DNA of 64,000 nucleotides from Owenia fusiformis (Eukaryota): NCBI GenBank assembly GCA_903813345.2, contig CAIIXF020000001.1, positions 29,946,001 to 30,010,000 of the forward strand, read 5' to 3'. Shown piece by piece: positions 10,901 to 23,700 of this stretch (position 1 is its first letter; each line of letters starts with the position of its first letter). The notes under the pieces were generated by a model. It saw only the letters and a program-made list of their open reading frames with translations, ran no database searches and was not told where the DNA came from. The position numbers and the translations under genes were made by a program.

Positions 10901-12757
10901 ATCATTTTTGTACGATCACCGGGCGTGATACATGTATGTTGTTCTCCCTTTCATTCACTCTTGAAATTCATACCATCTATATGCAGATATGTCTAACATT
11001 AACAGTCTACTTTTAAAATCCTGGATTTAAAATCTACTTCTAAAATGGCCACCAGAATCCAAGATGGCCACATAAAAATAATCAGTTCTACAGCTTGATC
11101 TCATCTAAAATCTGGAATCACAAGGACAATACTTATAGAAAAAGATGAAAGAATTTAAGATGGCCACTCAAAAGGTTCACCTCCAATGTGGGTTCAAAAA
11201 GAAAATCTGGCGAGCAGTTTCCTCAATCATAATGACAAGATTTATGGAAAAACTTCCAAAATTGCCAACAGAATCTTAGATTGCCACCCAATAGTTATCA
11301 GCTCTACAATTTGGTATCCTATAACATCAGAACAATTTAAATGTTAATCTGATAGTTTTCTGAGAATTACAATGACAAAAATTAGGACACTATCACAAGA
11401 TAACTATCTCACTGCCATTGGTGGTGTGATAAAATGTTTTCCGCGACACCAAGATTGAATGGTCTGTCCAGTCATTGTCAAAAGTAATTGTAGAGATCAC
11501 TGCATTCTATACGTATCTTTCTAGAAGGCAAAGATGATCTGAGTATCAGAATGTAAAAAAGACATCTCTCACATATACAAATGACAGAGTATTTATATCT
11601 TATTTAGGACAACATGAAGTGTGTGGCAATTCTTCTGGCTGTAGTTCTCATGGCAGGGCTAATTTCAACAAGCAAAGGGTATGATTACGACGAGCCTTCT
11701 GATTCTGATCCATGTAAAACGGGATGTGATGAGGAATTTGAAGATCGCTGCAGCAGTGGAGATGAAAGTGATCGCTCGGATTGCCGGGATGAGCATGCAG
11801 ATTGCTGGTATGCTTGTGAAGATAAAAAGAAATAAAAAGGCACCATAATCACAGAAAATGCAAAGTACATAAAAAATATATTTAAAGCTCAAATGTTGTT
11901 GCTTTGAATAAATTTAATGATTCAGAAATCTACATGAATCTATATTTTTGTTATTGAAAGAAAAGCATGATTGTAATACCAGCATTAAAATTTAACAGTA
12001 ATGAAAAACATTGTTGATGTAAAGAATGTAAATATAGAAGGCAGAGAATATCACTACCTGGTCGCAATCTGAATGCTTAATGTCAAACACCAAATGCCAG
12101 TTAAATAGAAATGGCTCAATTCAATGGGCTCTCTAGGTGAAAAAGTCTATTCCTCCAAAACATTTAACTAGTTGGAGTAAATTACCAGTATGGACCACCA
12201 TAAAAACCATTCACACAAATGGTAGTGTTGACAACAGACAGATGGACAGATTGACATAGAGACAATGATTAAACCAACCAACTGACCAAAAGAAATATCT
12301 AAGCACAAGTGCCAAAGGGTTAAAGAAACCTAGCAAGAAAAGCAAACTCTATGTGTAAACCTCTCATAAGAAAGATAGACTCTATATAATCCAAAAACAT
12401 GATCTAATGTGAAAATAAATAATGTCTAACACCCCCCTTCCCCCTCCAATCGAGCCAATATCACAATCCAGGATTAGAACACCAAGGGACATTTCATTCA
12501 TACTCATTACAATAAATAGAAAGATAGACACAGATAGATTAGGAAAATAATTTATTGGTCAGCATTCTATGTACAATGTAGTTCTCAGGTCTTATTGTGG
12601 GAGTACAGATTCCATCTTCAATTTCCAGAATAAAACTTACCGTATATGACACCCAGTTGACATCCACACCTTCCTCAAGGAATTTTTTCACACGCTCTTT
12701 GTGACCAAAGCCACATGCTTCCCAAAATGCCTCTTGTTTACTGTTAGCTAAACCCAT
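1994..12757 (-). CDS. Ankyrin-repeat protein, 5' part (5 coding exons in window; continues beyond left edge)
   Basis: Phase-0 GT-AG exons 12757-12641, 9214-9119, 8898-8800, 7322-7224, 2125-1994 splice into MGLANSKQEAFWEACGFG...HDSCAIHVASQGKVEIVDMLIKANCDVN...GCLALHHAAMNGYADIMKMLIEAG...NGWTPLHSAAYWSHIDAVNVLIEKGCDV...ERTALHEA... These match ankyrin TPLH/A consensus repeats, with 96-99 nt one-repeat exons. Acceptor at 12783; upstream donors at 14573 and 15988 suggest 5'UTR exons. Confidence 0.9.
3159..3365. mobile_element. MITE with short TIRs and 5-bp TSD
   Basis: caagcccgtagccag ... ctggctacaggcctg, flanked by GCATT on both sides (3154-3158, 3366-3370). Confidence 0.75.
3852..4916 (-). CDS. 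FkbM-like (Methyltransf_21-type) SAM-dependent methyltransferase with N-terminal signal anchor; uninterrupted CDS nested in ankyrin-gene intron
   Basis: 354-aa ORF in AT-rich DNA. Hydrophobic segment VHVYVIAGAIIGVYTILF. Motif I VDIGAAG, then LMKVDIDSYDWDVL, SLEFNP, YGASL and GY...NAFFV. Splice acceptor (ttttgcag) at 4949, 32 nt upstream of the ATG. Confidence 0.8.
   Translation of the reverse strand: MWRKGLNVHVYVIAGAIIGVYTILFNEMKKLELNLNNINALLETKFDSISFHCTEIQKEIRKTSWKNISDNSKTAWRRLGCQKNITHPGELIGQPFRHFEGHNLSLSNHISGVNLVRYMELAYPMSTEKYSVDIGAAGASDATDLMARGWKGFQSDGRFDQEYLSQHINQTNRIIVPENVHNVLKIFSIPKRIGLMKVDIDSYDWDVLKAFLDAGVYADIYSLEFNPVFPPNVHYHMNYSTDFVWTFTASRPLEKQILYGASLRAWHDLLAPRGYTLIDADWYNAFFVRDKYADIFGPIPTDLDTVWRVGWFERAGRHTQEDLVTKHWLNYPRQEVWATMETSEIIKEIKQIME
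6707..6913. mobile_element. MITE with short TIRs and 5-bp TSD
   Basis: cagtggcggatc ... gatccgccagtg, flanked by AACAT on both sides. Confidence 0.75.
7507..7659. repeat. Inverted repeat in a CpG-rich patch (likely MITE core)
   Basis: Perfect 17-bp IR attggcccccacgtgat / atcacgtgggggccaat; several acgtca motifs inside and just beyond. Confidence 0.6.
9400..9830. repeat. Degenerate tandem repeat, ~130-140 bp x3, rich in tgacctt/aaggtca
   Basis: aaggtcaaatc...aacttgta(g/t)atgattt recurs near 9487, 9616 and 9759. Confidence 0.7.
10499..10927. mobile_element. MITE with CAC...GTG termini and 4-bp TSD (Chapaev/CMC-like)
   Basis: TIR cacgcccagtggttgtacaaaaatgat / atcatttttgtacgatcaccgggcgtg, flanked by ATAC on both sides. 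Confidence 0.7.
11614..11835 (+). CDS. Small secreted acidic cysteine-rich peptide, antisense-nested in ankyrin-gene intron
   Basis: 73-aa ORF with a signal-peptide-like N-terminus (MKCVAILLAVVLMAGLISTSKG) and 6 Cys in the mature part. Acceptor ttatttag at 11607. AATAAA at 11831 and 11907. Candidate TATA at 10087 and 5'UTR exon ending at donor 10166/10167. Confidence 0.75.
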   Translation: MKCVAILLAVVLMAGLISTSKGYDYDEPSDSDPCKTGCDEEFEDRCSSGDESDRSDCRDEHADCWYACEDKKK

Positions 12758-15700
12758 CTTGTAACAGTCATGTGATATCTATCCTGTAAAGCAAAAATAG
12801 TCATCATAAAAAGCATAAATGATAATTTTAAAAAACTATAGATATGGTGACCACAAAAATGCAGGCCTTCAATTTTGTAAGCCATTGTGTAAAATGCAGC
12901 CATTCATTGTTGGAATAACTTTGTCTAAATGATGGGATTTTCTCGATTTTTCTCATGAATATTTGATGGAGCAACTAGGGACATACATCATTCATACAGC
13001 ATCAACCTTTGAGTTAGAAAGAAACAGCATTTTTTGTCAAGGTACTGTATGATGCTCATGCATCAAGTTCTTCAAAAATGAAGATATGGAAGAATTATTA
13101 GATTGGTACATCTTGACATTTTTTACCATCAAAGCAAGTTATTTCTGAACAACTTTGATACACATTAAAGAGTTTAAGCCGGGGTTTAAGCTTGCAATGT
13201 TTTTCACAATGTAAGCGCAAACAGAAAGTACATGAATCAATATAGAAATGTGTCGAGCGCACAAAGTTTTATATGCACTTTAGTCTACTTCAGATACCTG
13301 TTCACCTTCATAGGTTCGTGTTTGAAACAGGAAATCTGAAAGTTGCATATGCGCAACTAATTTTCATAGTTAGCTAGTTTTGTGTATTGACTCAAAGCAT
13401 GAGAGTCATGAAAAATTTGTAAATATATTTTTTTTCTGACATCGTTTCACTTACATAAGAGCTGTACACATGCAAATTACATCGGACCCTGTACAAGCCT
13501 CGTAATTGTTGTTTTCTACGAGCTCCATACGGGCAAATACAGTGTTCAAAAATTACATGCTATTATGAGCCTTGTTACAGGCATCATACAAGTAAGTACA
13601 AGCCTAGAAAACTACAAGCTATTACAGGCCTCATTACAGGCACTGTACAAGCAAGTAGGGGAATTGAAAATTACAATTTATTACGGTGTTCGTTACGGGT
13701 ACCATACGAAAAAGTACGGGGATCGATCCTCATACCAGCTTGTACGGGGTTCGATGTAATTTGCCTGTGTAGAGGACTCTTGAGGTGAGTGACTGGATTG
13801 CCTTAGAAATGCCTTTGTAGAAGCGGGAAACTTTATCAGTGTGCATGCGCAGTCAATCTTCAAAATATTTGAATACCACAAATGCCATTTGAATATCATC
13901 TCAAACCTATTTGCACTTGAATATTCAAGTATTTGTTTCACCCCTAGTGTCTACAGGAATCATTATACTTGTGTCTACTGAATACTATGCTGGTAATTTT
14001 GATTTCGATATACAGTAGAATTATTTTTGAAGAAGATGATGTATGTCATGCATGTTTTAGCTCCAAATACCTCATGAAACCAACTCGATTAGAAAACCAG
14101 CTATGGTACTATCAATGGAATGCGGTGTAGTCTAAACAAACACTGAAGTTAAAATGGTTATTTTATGTGAGAAAGCTACAAGAATTTGTGTATGGGGGAT
14201 TGATGCATATACATTTGTACATTGTCGTTTCGATTTTATATACAAGCTTAAACCCTCTATTATCCTCTAAGGAGCCATACTATGCAGATTCAATTAAGGT
14301 ATTAGTAATTTACCCTTTGCATTCGTTCGACTTCGCTTCTAAAAAGAGAGCTTCATCTTCACTCTTTCAGTTTACAATAAATCTCTGAACTCCCCAAGCC
14401 TTCAGAGTTCAAAATCGAAATGCAGACAACTTTCAATACAGTAAATATTAAGATTTTCAACATCTAAAAAGTCACTTGACTTTTTTGTGATTTTGAATCA
14501 CAGAAAGCATTCTGAAGTTTCAAACTGGCGCCACGTTTAATTTTTGGCATCCGCCTAATGTATACCACTTACCTTTTATTGATTCTTTCATAAGTTTCGT
14601 CATAAACTCAGTTTGACCAGAAGTATCTTTGTTGCCCCTCGATTTTTTTTAAAAATGTCCCTTTTCTAATCACCCGGATGTGCGGTTTACTTGGACTCGC
14701 CCAAAACGAGGGGTATCAAACGCAAGATGGTATAGAGATGCAGACATGTCGCCACTCTCAAAGAATCTATTCCATAATTTCAACATTACTACGCGGTTTT
14801 ACAAGCGAAAAGGATAAGGGCAGGTTGTATATAGGACTGGATTAGATGAAAATAAATATTCTAAATAGATGACACCCTTTTCGAAATAAGATGAACTGAA
14901 CCTATCACGTCACCGATTTCTTAGAAGAAATTACGTCAGAAAAACAAAAGCTCCGTAGAGAATTTTCGCTTGAAATGTTGAAAAGCGAGCCCAGTTTTCT
15001 ATGGGAATATACGGTAATTAATAGTTATGTGTACAATATTACTGAGTTCGATGGTGCATAAGTTAGGCGTTGGATCATTTTGTAAGTACGACAATGTGAA
15101 TTCATGCGACTGTTACTTTTTGGAAGGTTTTTTGCAAAAAAGTCGAGTGACTGTTTAGATGTCGAAAATCTTAGATGGTGCTGGCTATGCTATAGGCCTA
15201 AAGATAAAACACTTATTAATAATAGGGTCAAGATTGCAGTTAAAAATCCCATTGAGGACCATTATAACGTTTCATGTCATAATATATTCATGGGCACAGA
15301 TCTAGCTCAGCGAAACAGTGCCTAGTGTTCATTGGAGTCTTGTCTAGCTTGCCGTTACAAAATAATGATACGGTGACCACACCGTTTTTGAGATAACTGA
15401 ATCTGGAGAGAGCTACCACTGTAAAGCTACCTGTTTCAGAAAATTATTCTGCTCTACATAGTCTCGAAAATCACTCCGCCATCTCTAAAAATTCTGTTTC
15501 TAACCAAACTTGAAAATATTTCCTGATAGATTAGTACCTACCCTATCGAGAATAAACATTGATTCATTTATCAAACACTAGATGGTGCTGCGACGGGCCG
15601 GAAAAGGAGAGAAGGTATTTTTATACAGGAAACCAAATAACCAACGGTAACCGCTGGTATCCCTACTCCGAACTATATTCGAATAGAAGCTCATTCTATT

Positions 15701-16189
15701 TCAGGTTTGGCAATAGATCTAGATGTCAGGTGTTGATATAGTTCAACGTCGTTAAACTCAATAACGGCGTTATTTATTATTAAGAATTTTCTTGGGGCCA
15801 TTATTGAGTTTAACCTCCTTACTATTCTTTCCATTGATGCAAGTTTTGGATCCACCGAAACCATTTTTCCGCGATAACATGCAACTGATACTTGACAACA
15901 ATATAAAAACACATAACATCAAGCGATTCAACACAATATTATTGTATTAAATGGTCATTTATACAAGTAAAATGAGGTTAAACTTACCAATCTCTAAAAT
16001 GACATTTCCGCATGTCCTTCATTGTGTCTGTTCGTCCCGGGTTAAAATTTAAACTATTGAAACGAAATTGTTGTCAAATAGATTGATAATTATCACGCGA
16101 TTACTCGGGATAAAATAGCCATTTTTGAGGATAGCAGGTATCTTTGATTGATTTATATAGCGCTTGTATACACACAAAATCGTTATTAA

Positions 16190-17151
16190 TTGCAAACCTA
16201 CTGTTCGTTGATGCAGTGTCGCAATGACGGTTAATTCCTGATACGATTTGCAATTTCGATGTTACCGGAGCTGACCGATATTTTCGTAAAATTCCAAACC
16301 TGTCTCCAATATTTTCGTAATTATGCATCAATATGGTCTAAGGTTACTCACGTCGAGAGCTACCATGTTAGATTTTGAAAGTATAGCTCTCCATCGTGAG
16401 GATCTCCCAGCTGAAGAATTGTAACATCTTAATTTGATCAGCGCCAGTCAACGGCTTGCTGTTTGTCTCAAACTGTAGCCTACATATGGGCTCATATGTG
16501 TCTACTTTCCCCGTGCATGTAGGATCGCGGATGTGCTTCTATGGCGATCAGGAGTTCTAATCGTTTTTTGTTCGATACCCATTTCCAATATGGCGGTTAA
16601 ACGGAAATACTATCGACGCATGCGTAACTTGGGAAACGTCAAGCCGCCATATTGAATATACCTGGCCAAAACTTTTGACACGACCAATAAAATGAAGTCC
16701 TGATCGATACATAGGGCAGTGAGACGTTCTATAGTTGAGCTGAATGAAAGATGGCGATGTAGGATACATTTTCAGGTATATAATGTGCAACATGAGTCAG
16801 CTGAATTCCCTGAAATTTTCTTTGAAGTCAGGATTCTCAAGCTGTTGATCCTAGCGATAGAGAGCTATACTTTCAAAATCTAAGTAGCTCTCGACGGGAG
16901 TAAGTCTAAGGGGGGTACGGGATGGTGTTTATGTATTTATAAGGTATGTATGCATGCTTGAATCACATTCTTTATGTAATATTACCATGTTTTCGGAGTT
17001 TAATTAGTTCCGCATGTCGAAACCTGCTGAACGATTAAATGATCGCATCAAGGGCAAAATCATCATGGAAGTTAGACCTAGCCGGGGCCATAAGACATGT
17101 CAGATAAGAAACGAGGCCCAGGCTAGTCTAGGTCTAATGTTTTTGGACTAG
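16190..17151 (+). mobile_element. Helitron-like non-autonomous element, copy 2, interrupted by a MITE
   Basis: Homologous to 1480-1862; ends hairpin + CTAG|T; split by the insertion at 16344-16903. Confidence 0.6.
16344..16903. mobile_element. hAT-like MITE (TTACT...AGTAA termini, 8-bp TSD)
   Basis: ~50-bp TIRs; TSD GTCTAAGG at 16336-16343 and 16904-16911. Confidence 0.85.
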
Positions 17152-17571
17152 TGTTGATACTGATACATGTGATTCAAAGTACTCCCAAACATTTATGTAT
17201 GTGTGAAAGTCACATTATTTTCTTCATCCTATAAATGATTGAGTATAAAAGAAAAATATTAATACTGACCGTTTATTACAGATACAATTCCTATTGGTAT
17301 GACAAACAGCATAAACCTGTCAAAAATAAAATTTTACTCCAAGCGAGAGTTCGTTCGAGAATGCTTGAGACTTGAACTCACAATGTCACCACAGTTTTAT
17401 AATCTTTAAAAGTATTGATCCAGACCTAAACTATGTCCATTCGATTCGGAATAATAATACAATACTAAAAAAGATTTAAATTTTGCACACATGTTTTGTT
17501 GTACGTGAGAAAAAATAGAATAAAGAAGAGTCGCATTCTCAGTGTTAAAACTGTGGGGTGTGTTCAGGATG

Positions 17572-17612
17572 GTCACGTGATGTCATGTTTACTTCCTGAT
17601 TTCGCCATTTTA
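17572..17612 (+). promoter_or_regulatory. SERINC proximal promoter motifs (CLEAR-like E-box, ETS, YY1-like)
   Basis: GTCACGTGAT at 17572-17581, acttcctg and cgccatttt, 100-140 bp upstream of the ATG. Confidence 0.45.
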
Positions 17613-17713
17613 TTTTCCAAAGAAAGAGCTACGTTTTATCTCTCTTATACAGTTATTCTACGTATTTCCTTGTATTTGATCTATCTTCAACAAGATAAGA
17701 TAGTAAAGAAGCC

Positions 17714-20700
17714 ATGGGATGTGTCCTGGGAGGTGTAAGTAATTTTGTACATTCGATAACTTTGTGTTTTTATAGGTTAGATATCTAGATAAATTTGATT
17801 ATGATTGTTTTGTCATTTGTGTTTCTTTTTTACATGATCAGAGACGTCGATATGACAATGAGTCACATGTTATTTTAATTGACAAATATTTTATCAATGT
17901 GATATTTTTATCGATCTTATATTATTGTTACATAATATTGGATTGAATAGCTTTAGAAATAGTCTTGTACAAGGCGTTAGCATTTTGTCTTTTTTTTAAA
18001 ATGGATATTTGGGGATCAACTGGAAACAAAGACAATTTATCCCGAGCGAGGACATTAGTCCTGAGAACGTCTCAATCTTTTGCCTGTACGATTACAACGT
18101 GGTGTAGTTGAATCTAGAATTATCTGGGTTTATCTGCAGAACAAAGAAATTTTCGTTTTTGATCAAAATATTTGCGTGTAATATTGAACTTATTTCAACC
18201 ATCAAATTTCTCCATTTATTGGTACAGTCAAATGGGTAATCCCATTTTAAATCCAATCGCCATCTTGAAAAGTGATGGAATCTCTCTCGATGAAAAAGAA
18301 AAATGTTCCATGCTGCCATGGGCTTTCAATAATTAGAAGGGTATGCAACACTGTGTAATAACATGAGACCTTCAAAATGAGCAATGCCATGCTTCCCTTT
18401 TATGGAAATATTTCAAAAAGTATTAGATAAATGTATAATGTTTTATTATTATTTTAATTAAAAATAAATTTTCAATAGGATTAAAGCATAAAATATATTC
18501 AATCTCATGTAAAAGTAAACAAAAAAGACAAATAAGAATAAGAGGTATCAAGATGTTCTCTTCAAGTATTGCATTGTGGGTAATTATTCAAGAACACATT
18601 CCAATAAAAACATAATTTGTGGGAGAATGTTCACTCTCTGTATTGTCATGATAATGATGAATTCCATTTTTTATTGAATTATCAACAAAAATGTAGATAA
18701 TCACGTTTTTATTTTTGATTTATTTCTCTTAATCATCCATAAAAAGTACAAAATAAGATTTTCTGGGAATGTGTACATTCTCCAATTTTGAAAACCCAAA
18801 GGCAATGTTTATGTATGAAATATGGGAAGTTGCCTACCCTTCTAGTTGAAAGCCCATGATGCTGCCGATAAACCCAGATAATTGTGTACAGTCAGATCCA
18901 TAAATAATTACTATCAGTTTTAAAAAGACATTCTGTCGCACATATGATAAATTCTTACCTCAGGGAATTAAGTACTATATTTTCTCCGTTCTGGGAAATA
19001 TAAATATGGTGGAATTTGTGTCCATAATGACCATTGGGATCTTAAAAATTTGAAGTGATTTCCACATGTTAAATGTCCACCATTTTTGAAAATAATTGTG
19101 CATAGTCTCAAAAACAATTCTACAACAATCCATTTTAAAATAACATTTCACCACTTACACAACTATAATATGTATTATACCATAATTTATATGTCTTTAT
19201 CAATCAATTGATACAATACCATTACCAGATATACAAATTGAACAATTTTCATTTTTGTTTGAGACTACAACTCATTTCATGCTTCATGTTCCTAGTACCC
19301 GGTTTTATTGATGCACAACCCTGTTGAAATCGACTGTAGTGCACCATTTAAAGGTTTGCAGGAGATCCTGTGAAACACCCATGGAGGATGGGTTAGGGAT
19401 TCTGACAAAATGAACATTAGGCTGTCAAATTCCTACTTGAATGCAACTTCACCCTTGAATAATTCTTGTACAAAACGAGCACACATCAATGAGTACAGTG
19501 TAGTATATATTTTATTTTGGCACTGGTCTTTCCCACATGTCTCTCTTGAGTACTGAGGAGTCTTTCCACTGGTCAATGTTGGCTTTGGCAACAACTTCAA
19601 AAGTTATACAAATAAACAAATTAAAAAAATGAACATTGCTTTTGTATTTTATTTTCAGCTTGCATGCTGTTTTGGCAGTGCAGCCTGCAGTTTGTGTTGT
19701 GCAGCATGTCCAGGTTGTAAAAATTCTACCTCAACCCGCATTGTCTACTCTCTGTTCCTCTTGTTGGGAACTATTACATCAGCATTGATGCTGATACCAT
19801 CAATACGAGACAGTTTGGACAAGGTAGGTCTAGACATTTCTGTATTTGCCGATTGGTTGTGCCCTGAGTCAATATTTCAAGATGAATTAGTTGTTAGAAT
19901 ATACCCGAATAGAAGCATATTTAGTCAACCATTGAGCTGCTGCTGGTGTGAAGGAGTATCGTCTTCTACCAGTTTCCATTGAAGGAAGCTTTTGATATAC
20001 ATGTATATTGATGTCAGCTTATGCTGCTGGATGGGTAGGTGGTCGCCAAATACATCTTGTCATCAAAATTTAAATAAAACTTCTAGATGTAAGAGCACAC
20101 TTATGCCAAGGTCTGATGAGATTTTGGATAGGCTGGGTAAATTACATGGCAAACATGTCGCTCTTGAACGTGCAATATTTCTCACTGTGTGTATTGTTTA
20201 TTGTAGGTACCTGGTTTATGTAACCCGATATGGTTTAATAATGAAAAGACCAGACTTTTGAACTGTGATTATGTTGTTGGGCATCTCGCTGTATACAGAA
20301 CATGTTTTGGAATGGCAATGTTTTTCCTGTTACTAACGATCATTATGGTCAAAGTTAGCTCTTCGAAAGATCCAAGAGCCAAAATACAGAATGGGTAAGT
20401 AGCACAAGACTATCAAATTTTGTATCTGGATTTTTATGGAAACTGTTTCTATGAGACTTCTTGTAAACTATATTGTTCTAGTCCCATATTATTCCAAAAT
20501 TTCAAAAAAGATCACGAAATTCTGCACTGTTGATACTGACTTTGATATAAACTTTCTTTTTGTAAATATCAAGGCTTAGAAAATAATTCACTGATTGCCT
20601 TTAAAATTTGATAATACATACTCACCATTTAGATTTCCTTACTGGAAAATGGCATGATTATGAGTACATGTTTCAACAATTTTTTCCAGTTTTTGGTTTT

Positions 20701-23700
20701 TCAAGTTTGTCATACTGGTTGGTATCATTATTGGCGCCTTCTACATCCCACGACCTGGTGGTATGAACCAAGTCAGCTTTGACCAGGGTGAGTTCTAAGG
20801 ACACAATGTGTTCAGTTTTTCATAACTTTTGTAAATTGGATGATTTCTTCAAATAGCTACTTGTATTGAAATATAAAGAACTCCTGGAATCTAATATCAT
20901 GTTGACCAGATCCTTTCACCATCACCAAACTATAACCAAGATAAAGAACATAAAGTTAAGCTATTAAGTTGAAGCAAATATTTTAAGACTTAATACTTGT
21001 AGTCTAATAATGAAACTTTGTAAATGTGTTTCAGTGTGGATGGTATTTGGGATGATAGGAGGCTTTCTCTTCATCCTTATTCAGTTGGTTCTCATTGTCG
21101 ACTTTGGCCACTCCTGGAATGAGAAATGGGTAGCCAATTATGAAGACTCACAAAACAAAGGCTGGTATGTAGGTAAGGATCGCAAACAGAGGTCTTTATT
21201 AAAAGTCTGAGTGTTTTAGAAATGGTAGAGAATTTGTTTTTAGTCTTCAAATATATAGGTTATTATCCCACCTTACAAAGTTCGAGGGGGATATAGAGAA
21301 GCCGTTCGTCCGTCCATTTGTGTGTCCGGGCAATAGCTCAAGTACCGGTTGACGGATTTCATTCAAACTTTATCGGCTTAAGCCTTATGGGTGAAGGACC
21401 TCTGCTCGAGAAGGAATTTTCAAAATGGTCGCTTAATTAAAAATGGCGGCCATTTTTTTGGAAAATTATAATCTTTTATAACTCAAATACTAGCGGATGG
21501 ATTTGGTTCAAATTTATATGCTGTTGCCTGGGTACAAAGGGGCCTTGCTCGAGAAGACATTTTCAAGATGGCCACCATATTTCAAAATGGTGGCCATTTT
21601 TTTTTTGTTAAAAATGTTATCTTTGATAACTGAAATACCATTGAATGGATTTGGTGCAGATTTTGGTTCAAATTCTATGTGCTGATGCCTGGAGACAAAG
21701 AAGTTCTGCTCAAGAAGACTTTTTTAAGATGGCCACTGAATTTCAAAATGGCCACCATTTTTCGTAAAAAAAACGTAATCATTGATAACTCAAATACCAG
21801 TGGATGGATTTGGTTCCAATTTTATATGCTGATGTTTAGGGAAAAAGGAGATCTGCTTCAGAAGAAATTTCAAAAGCGTCAGCTGAATTTGAAAATGGCT
21901 GCCATTTGTTATAAAAAAGGTAATCTTTGATAACTCAAATAAAGTTTGGACGGATTTACTTCAAATTTTATATACTGATGCCTAGAGATAAAAGAGCTCT
22001 GCTTGAGAAGTAATTTTGAAGGTGGCTGCTATTTATTGAAATCTCCGCCATTTTTCATAAAACATGTAATCCTTTAAATTTGAATATTCTCAAGCTCACT
22101 GCATCATTTTTAGAAAAATGTGCAAATATGTAGGTTTCCCTGCCACCACTCACTTCACTCTTGAGTCCATATTTAATTTTTTCTTCACCCTGCAATTATT
22201 AATCAAGTGACTGATAATGCCTTCAGCAAAGCCACTAAAACTGTATAATGTTTATGTATTTGTAAAATAAATTCTATGAATAAAAAAAACAAAAAAAACA
22301 TGTTTCATAAAACAAAATCTTTGATAATTCAAATACCAATGGATGGATTTGGCTCAAATTTTATATGGCCGCTATTTATCAAAACATGTTTTGTTTGGTG
22401 GGATTTGCTACTCCGTGGAGTTGCTGTTTTTCTAGTTGATAATGAAATGTGCCAAATTATCAGTTATTTGAATTTTGCGCAAATATTTTTAAAGTAGGTA
22501 AAAGGCAATTTAAAATTCTCAAGTGGGTGTTCTGTTTCGATACTAATTACATCACTTCATTATACATCATATCAAAATTACATGTACCTTTCCAGGGTTA
22601 CTGATCTTCACTGTGCTTTTCTACTTAATCTCCTTGGCTGCCATTGTTCTCTTCTACATATTTTACACAAGAGGGGTAAGTGGAGATACTTTACTAATCG
22701 AAGTAAACAGGTTTCTTTTGTCATCTTAATTACTTCAAACTGTGTCATTCACTCTGTATGTATTATATACCTAGCAGAGCAGTTGTGAACTAGTCAGTGG
22801 AAAGTTAGATGAGCTATACATGTATTGCCTGTATTGCCTTCTTTCATGTACTACAACCTTGTGTCATCATGTTTTATCTTTTACCAAATTGTAATCGGTA
22901 ATATATTTGTGATATCATAACTACTAAATATCAAAGATTTATGCTACAGTTCACTATGGGAAACGAATGGTTTAATCTTGTTGATAATAGAAATAGATTA
23001 TTTGATTTCTACTTTTATTTCCCAATTAAGAAAATATTAAATATTCAAAACAGACATATTGTGACAAAAGTATGGAAACTTTATTTCAGGTGGATGGATG
23101 TCCAATGAACAAAGCATTCGTTAGTGTGAATATGATACTGTGTATCCTTGTGTCGATTGTGTCTATTTTGCCCAAAATCCAAGAAGTCAACCCACGCTCT
23201 GGCTTGCTCCAGTCTTCGATCATAACTGGATATGTTCAGTACTTGACCTGGTCAGCGATGACCAACAACCCAGGTATAAATGTTGTCTATAGACATTTAG
23301 GACTTGCCCAGGGATTCAATATCACATTGTCACATATCCATGGTGACAATGTCAGGCTACAGGGTACACAACAAAAATATTCACACAGAGGTTCCAAATA
23401 TTTGCATGGCATAGACCTGCATTATGGAGATACAATGAGATTACAATAAGGTCTCAATGTCTTTCCAGGCCTTAGGGTCTTAGGTCTAGGTGGAAATTGG
23501 GATATCCTTTTGCATTTTTTAAGACCAGGTATTTTAATCTAATAATTAATGAGGTCTATAATGGACTAAAAATGGTTGTATCCTTATAAATCTCTTATTT
23601 GTTATTCACAATAGCAAAGTATGTATTTTGTATGTAAGAGGTGTTCCCATTTAGAGATGGTGCTATTTTTTGAATCAAGAGAAGCATTTATTTGACACAT

